Source of the DNA: Actinomycetes bacterium
GTDB lineage: Bacteria > Actinomycetota > Acidimicrobiia > Acidimicrobiales > JAKAOS01
Assembly: GCA_021795215.1 (NCBI GenBank)
Contig: JAJYPS010000004.1
Coordinates: 1 to 49,973 of the forward strand
Length of the DNA stretch: 49,973 bases
Direction of reading: 5' to 3'
Part shown: positions 47,167 to 49,973 of the stretch, in pieces
Numbering within the stretch: position 1 is the first letter of the stretch
How the letters are laid out: each line of letters begins with the position of its first letter
Translations under genes and position numbers: made by a program
The notes under the pieces: generated by a model
Database searches by the model: none
The model's input: the letters and a program-made list of their open reading frames with translations, nothing else
What the model was told of the DNA's origin: nothing

Positions 47167-47521
47167 CTAAAAGCGACGCAGTGCGCCGGCCTCGAGGCCG
47201 GTGGTGAAGCGCCGCTCGGCGCGTAGCCCCGAATCAAACTGGCCGATCCTGTTGTTCGATGTACTGACGCAGGACCTCACTCGGGGCTCTGCCAACCGTC
47301 CAGCGAAGTACGAGCCAGTCCACAGTCCTTTGGCCCGCCAGTAGTGCCTGGCAGTCTCGGGGAACTCATGGCGCATCCGCCTGGACGAAACGCCCTCGAG
47401 ACTGTTGACAAGCTTCGACAGGGCGACCTTGGGCGGGAAGTGCACCAACAGGTGGACATGGTTGGCCTCTCCGTTGGACTCGACCAACTGGCACTCGAAG
47501 TCCGCACACCGACCGGAACTC
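47167..47521 (-). mobile_element. tnpA: IS200/IS605 tnpA remnant with terminal hairpin
   Basis: NHVHLLV HUH motif, LSKLVNSLEGVSSR, LWTGSYFAG; frameshifted; hairpin CGCCGGCCT-CG-AGGCCGGTG at 47184-47203. Confidence 0.85.
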
Positions 47522-47570
47522 GAGGCTTAGGGTCCACCGATATTTAGCCCGCGCGTAGGACGGTGGGGCC

Positions 47571-48137
47571 GTGGAGGCCAGCCGGGACGAGCTTGCGCGA
47601 TTCTTCGAGGTGGTCCTTCCGCACCTGAACGAGATGCAGCGCCGAGTCGTAGCTGGAGCGATTGCGTGGGGTCTTGGCCGTGGCGGGAAGACCGCGGTGG
47701 CCGAGGCTTCGGGGATGAGCCGCAATACGGTGATCAAGGCCGAACGCGAGGTGATCGCCGGGATCGAGCCGTCTCCTCGCCAACGTGCGGTCGGTGGTGG
47801 GGACATCAAGGCAGAGATCAAGCAGCCCGGCCTCTTGGAAGCGCTCGACGCGCTGGTGAACCCCGAGACCCGTGGCAACCCGATGTCGCTGTTGCGCTGG
47901 ACGTCGAAGTCGACTGCGAAGCTGGCTGCAGATCTCGTCCGCCAGGGCTTCGCCATCACCGACGACACAGTGGGGCGGATCTTGAAGTCCCTCGGCTACA
48001 GCCTCCAGGCACCGGCAAAGGAGAAGGAAGGCACATCCCATCCCGACCGCGATGCCCAGTTCCACTACCTGAACGACCAGGCCACGTCCTTTGTCGAGGC
48101 TGGTCAGCCGGTGAGCCCCTTTTCCCAGCTCGCATGA
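47571..48137 (+). pseudogene. ISAzo13-family transposase, truncated
   Basis: LPHLNEMQRR, TRGNPMSLLRWTSKST, LGYSLQ, HPDRDAQF; ends before the DDE core. Confidence 0.88.
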
Positions 48138-48269
48138 CGGGTCGAGGCCACGCCCAGATCACCCGGCCAGAACAACGGCCTGCGCCCACCGACACGAGCG
48201 CCGAACTGCACCTCTAGTGTCGCGATCGCTCTTCGGCCGGCGCTTGCGTTCCGGGTACTGCGCTCGGTC

Positions 48270-48689
48270 TCACGCCCAGGGGTTGAGGATGTCGAGGCCG
48301 GTGAATCTCTCGAAGTCCTTGGTGTTGCGGGTGACGACGGCCATGTGGTGCTCGAAGGCCGTCGCTCCGATCAGGGCGTCGCGAAACGGTGCTGGGTCGG
48401 GCACGTGCAGCCGGGCGGCCCGGCGGGCGACCCTCTCGTCGACGGGCAGCACCCGCTCGGCGAAGGCGGCGGCGACGCTGGTGTCGAGCCAGATGCGCAG
48501 CAGGGCTCCCTTGTGCGGGTCGGAGCGTTCGGCTAGTAGGACCCCGTGCTCCAGCTCGTGGAGGGTGATCGCGGAGATGAACAGTTGCGCAGCGGGTGTC
48601 GAGGTCGCCCACGCCGCAACGCCGGGGTCGGCCTTGCCAGCCCGCGCCTTGCGGAGCTCTGACACCACGTTGGTGTCGAGGAGGTACAT
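48270..48689 (-). CDS. vapC: VapC PIN-domain toxin
   Basis: YLLDTNVVSELRK, ELEHG, DALIGATA, VTRNTKDF, NPW. Confidence 0.95.
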   Translation of the reverse strand: MYLLDTNVVSELRKARAGKADPGVAAWATSTPAAQLFISAITLHELEHGVLLAERSDPHKGALLRIWLDTSVAAAFAERVLPVDERVARRAARLHVPDPAPFRDALIGATAFEHHMAVVTRNTKDFERFTGLDILNPWA

Positions 48690-48940
48690 CAGGCGAAGCC
48701 GGCCGCCTCGGGCAGCTCCCGGGAGGGCTCGATCACCAACTCGACGTCCTCGACACCTGCCGGCTCCCCGAGCCGGTCCAGCAGGTCGACGCCCAGAAGT
48801 TTCTGGTAGTCCACGAAGCTGAGCAGCACATGAGCGGGCTTGCCGCGGTCGGTGATGAAAACCGGCCCGTCTACGGCGGCCTTCTTGGCCCGGCTGGTGT
48901 CTTGGTTGAACTCCCTGCTCGAAATGTGCGACGCCACCAT
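48689..48940 (-). CDS. Phd/YefM family antitoxin
   Basis: SSREFNQDTSRAKKAA.DGPVFITDRGKPAHVL; GGAGG RBS. Confidence 0.92.
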   Translation of the reverse strand: MVASHISSREFNQDTSRAKKAAVDGPVFITDRGKPAHVLLSFVDYQKLLGVDLLDRLGEPAGVEDVELVIEPSRELPEAAGFA

Positions 48941-48948
48941 CACCTCCA

Positions 48949-48968
48949 ATGTAGCCACGTAACTACAT
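48949..48968. promoter_or_regulatory. Palindromic operator of the phd-vapC operon
   Basis: ATGTAG-CC-ACGT-AA-CTACAT immediately upstream of the antitoxin RBS. Confidence 0.7.
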
Positions 48969-49180
48969 GGAGTCTACAGGGTGCCGCCGCCCCGAGGAGC
49001 AGCCGAGACGAGCCATGCCCAGAGAAGAATGCGCCGGAACGAGTCACACGTCGCCGTCGTGCCACGTTCGTGCCACGACGGAGGGCCCGCAAGGGTCAGG
49101 GGCAGTCCTCCAAGGTCATCTCACGAGCGTCGTGACCAGGGCTTATACGTGTTTCCGCTGGTGGCAGCCTAGTCATGCCG

Positions 49181-49247
49181 CGCCCTTTCAAGGCGGCAAC
49201 ACGGGTTCGAATCCCGTTGGGGGTGCTCGGAGGGACCAGGTCAACAA
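49181..49247 (+). repeat. att-like duplicate of the tRNA-Glu 3' part plus 22 bp of flank
   Basis: Exact copy of 45733-45799; lacks the tRNA 5' acceptor strand and D arm. Confidence 0.92.
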
Positions 49248-49257
49248 GCTCTCTTTC

Positions 49258-49455
49258 CGGGTGCTGGTGTCGGGTCGGGCACGTGAAGCTTGGCGGCCCG
49301 GCGGGCGACCCACTCGTCGATGGGCAACATCCGATCGGCGAATGCCGGGGCGGCCTTGCCAGCCCGCGCTTTGCGGAGCTCCGACACCATGTGGTGTCGA
49401 GGAGGTGCATCAGGCAAACGTTGCCGGCCCCGGCAGCTCCCGAGAGGGCTCGACT
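49258..49455 (-). pseudogene. Degenerate second copy of phd-vapC
   Basis: Aligns by eye to about 48388-48468 and 48622-48733, with substitutions, a frameshift and an internal deletion. Confidence 0.8.
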
Positions 49456-49643
49456 CTCTCAGCCGGCTCGCCTCTTCGCGCCTCGCCGGCTGACCTGACG
49501 TCGACAGCCGCCGCACTTGTCGATTCGCGATCGGTACACACGTGGTTCAATGCGACCGATTGAGTCGAGCGTCCCGCAAACCGTTCGGCTCAATGCTACC
49601 GGGTCCTCCTTTCAGTAGGTAGCGCATCGTCGATGGTGATACC

Positions 49644-49910
49644 GTGGGTGCCATGGAGTCACCATCAGTGCGGATTCGGGTGGACGCTCAGGGTCGTATG
49701 GTGTTGCCCCGCCGGCTCAGGGAGGAAATCGTCACGACGCCGGGAGAGTTGGTTGTCCGCCGTGTCGCCGAGGGGTTACTGCTCACCTCGACAACGACGG
49801 CCGGGGTCTTGTCCACCGGCCCGGATGGCCTTCCTGTGCTCCACCTCGGAAGGAGAGTCACCAATAACGAAATACTCGATGCGCTGGACCACGAACGCGC
49901 CGAGAGGTGA
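49644..49910 (+). CDS. AbrB/MazE/SpoVT family antitoxin
   Basis: IRVDAQGRMVLPRRLRE; GTGA overlap with a PIN gene; start may be 49653. Confidence 0.85.
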   Translation: MGAMESPSVRIRVDAQGRMVLPRRLREEIVTTPGELVVRRVAEGLLLTSTTTAGVLSTGPDGLPVLHLGRRVTNNEILDALDHERAER

Positions 49911-49973
49911 TAGATACCTCAGCACTGGTGGCTGCCTTGGTTTCCGACCACGAACACCACGAGCTCGCCCGGC
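49907..49973 (+). CDS. VapC PIN toxin, N-terminus (runs off the window edge)
   Basis: MIDTSALVAALVSDHEHHELAR. Confidence 0.8.
   Translation, partial: MIDTSALVAALVSDHEHHELAR

Larger units (their letters stand above)
45733..49247. mobile_element. tRNA-Glu-anchored genomic islet bounded by 67-bp direct repeats, no integrase
   Basis: 45733-45799 is identical to 49181-49247. Confidence 0.85.

Noticed and set aside
49150-49225. Second functional tRNA-Glu
   Set aside because: The 5' acceptor strand and D arm are missing; it is an att-type fragment

Overview
High-GC actinobacterial chromosome segment; an Acidimicrobiia-like origin is my inference from gene content, not a database result. The left edge (1-1.8 kb) is IS debris: an IS256 and an IS4 fragment disrupting an unknown gene. 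Next come dksA/traR-like, methyltransferase plus UbiA-like, an HATPase-MetOD1 fusion and tRNA-Lys. An unannotated 40-aa Cys-rich ORF follows, behind a CsoR-type operator. A nitrogen block (5.5-18.4 kb) holds an assimilatory nitrate/nitrite reductase operon and a five-gene gamma-glutamyl/glutaminyl ligase-hydrolase cluster, and the two share a GlnR-box-like promoter motif. After transporters and enzymes there is a compact six-gene type IV secretion/conjugation-like module (27-34 kb) with no relaxase, integrase or att site in the window. It abuts senX3-regX3, which are joined by a MIRU-like 17-bp mini-ORF relay. Housekeeping genes follow (fur, serS, ABC, clpS-DUF2017, oxidoreductases), then a peptidase-S51/CysRS-anticodon-domain fusion and tRNA-Glu. 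The window ends in integrase-less islets rich in toxin-antitoxin genes, marked by a 67-bp duplication of the tRNA-Glu 3' end. All product calls come from motif recognition by eye; no searches were run.
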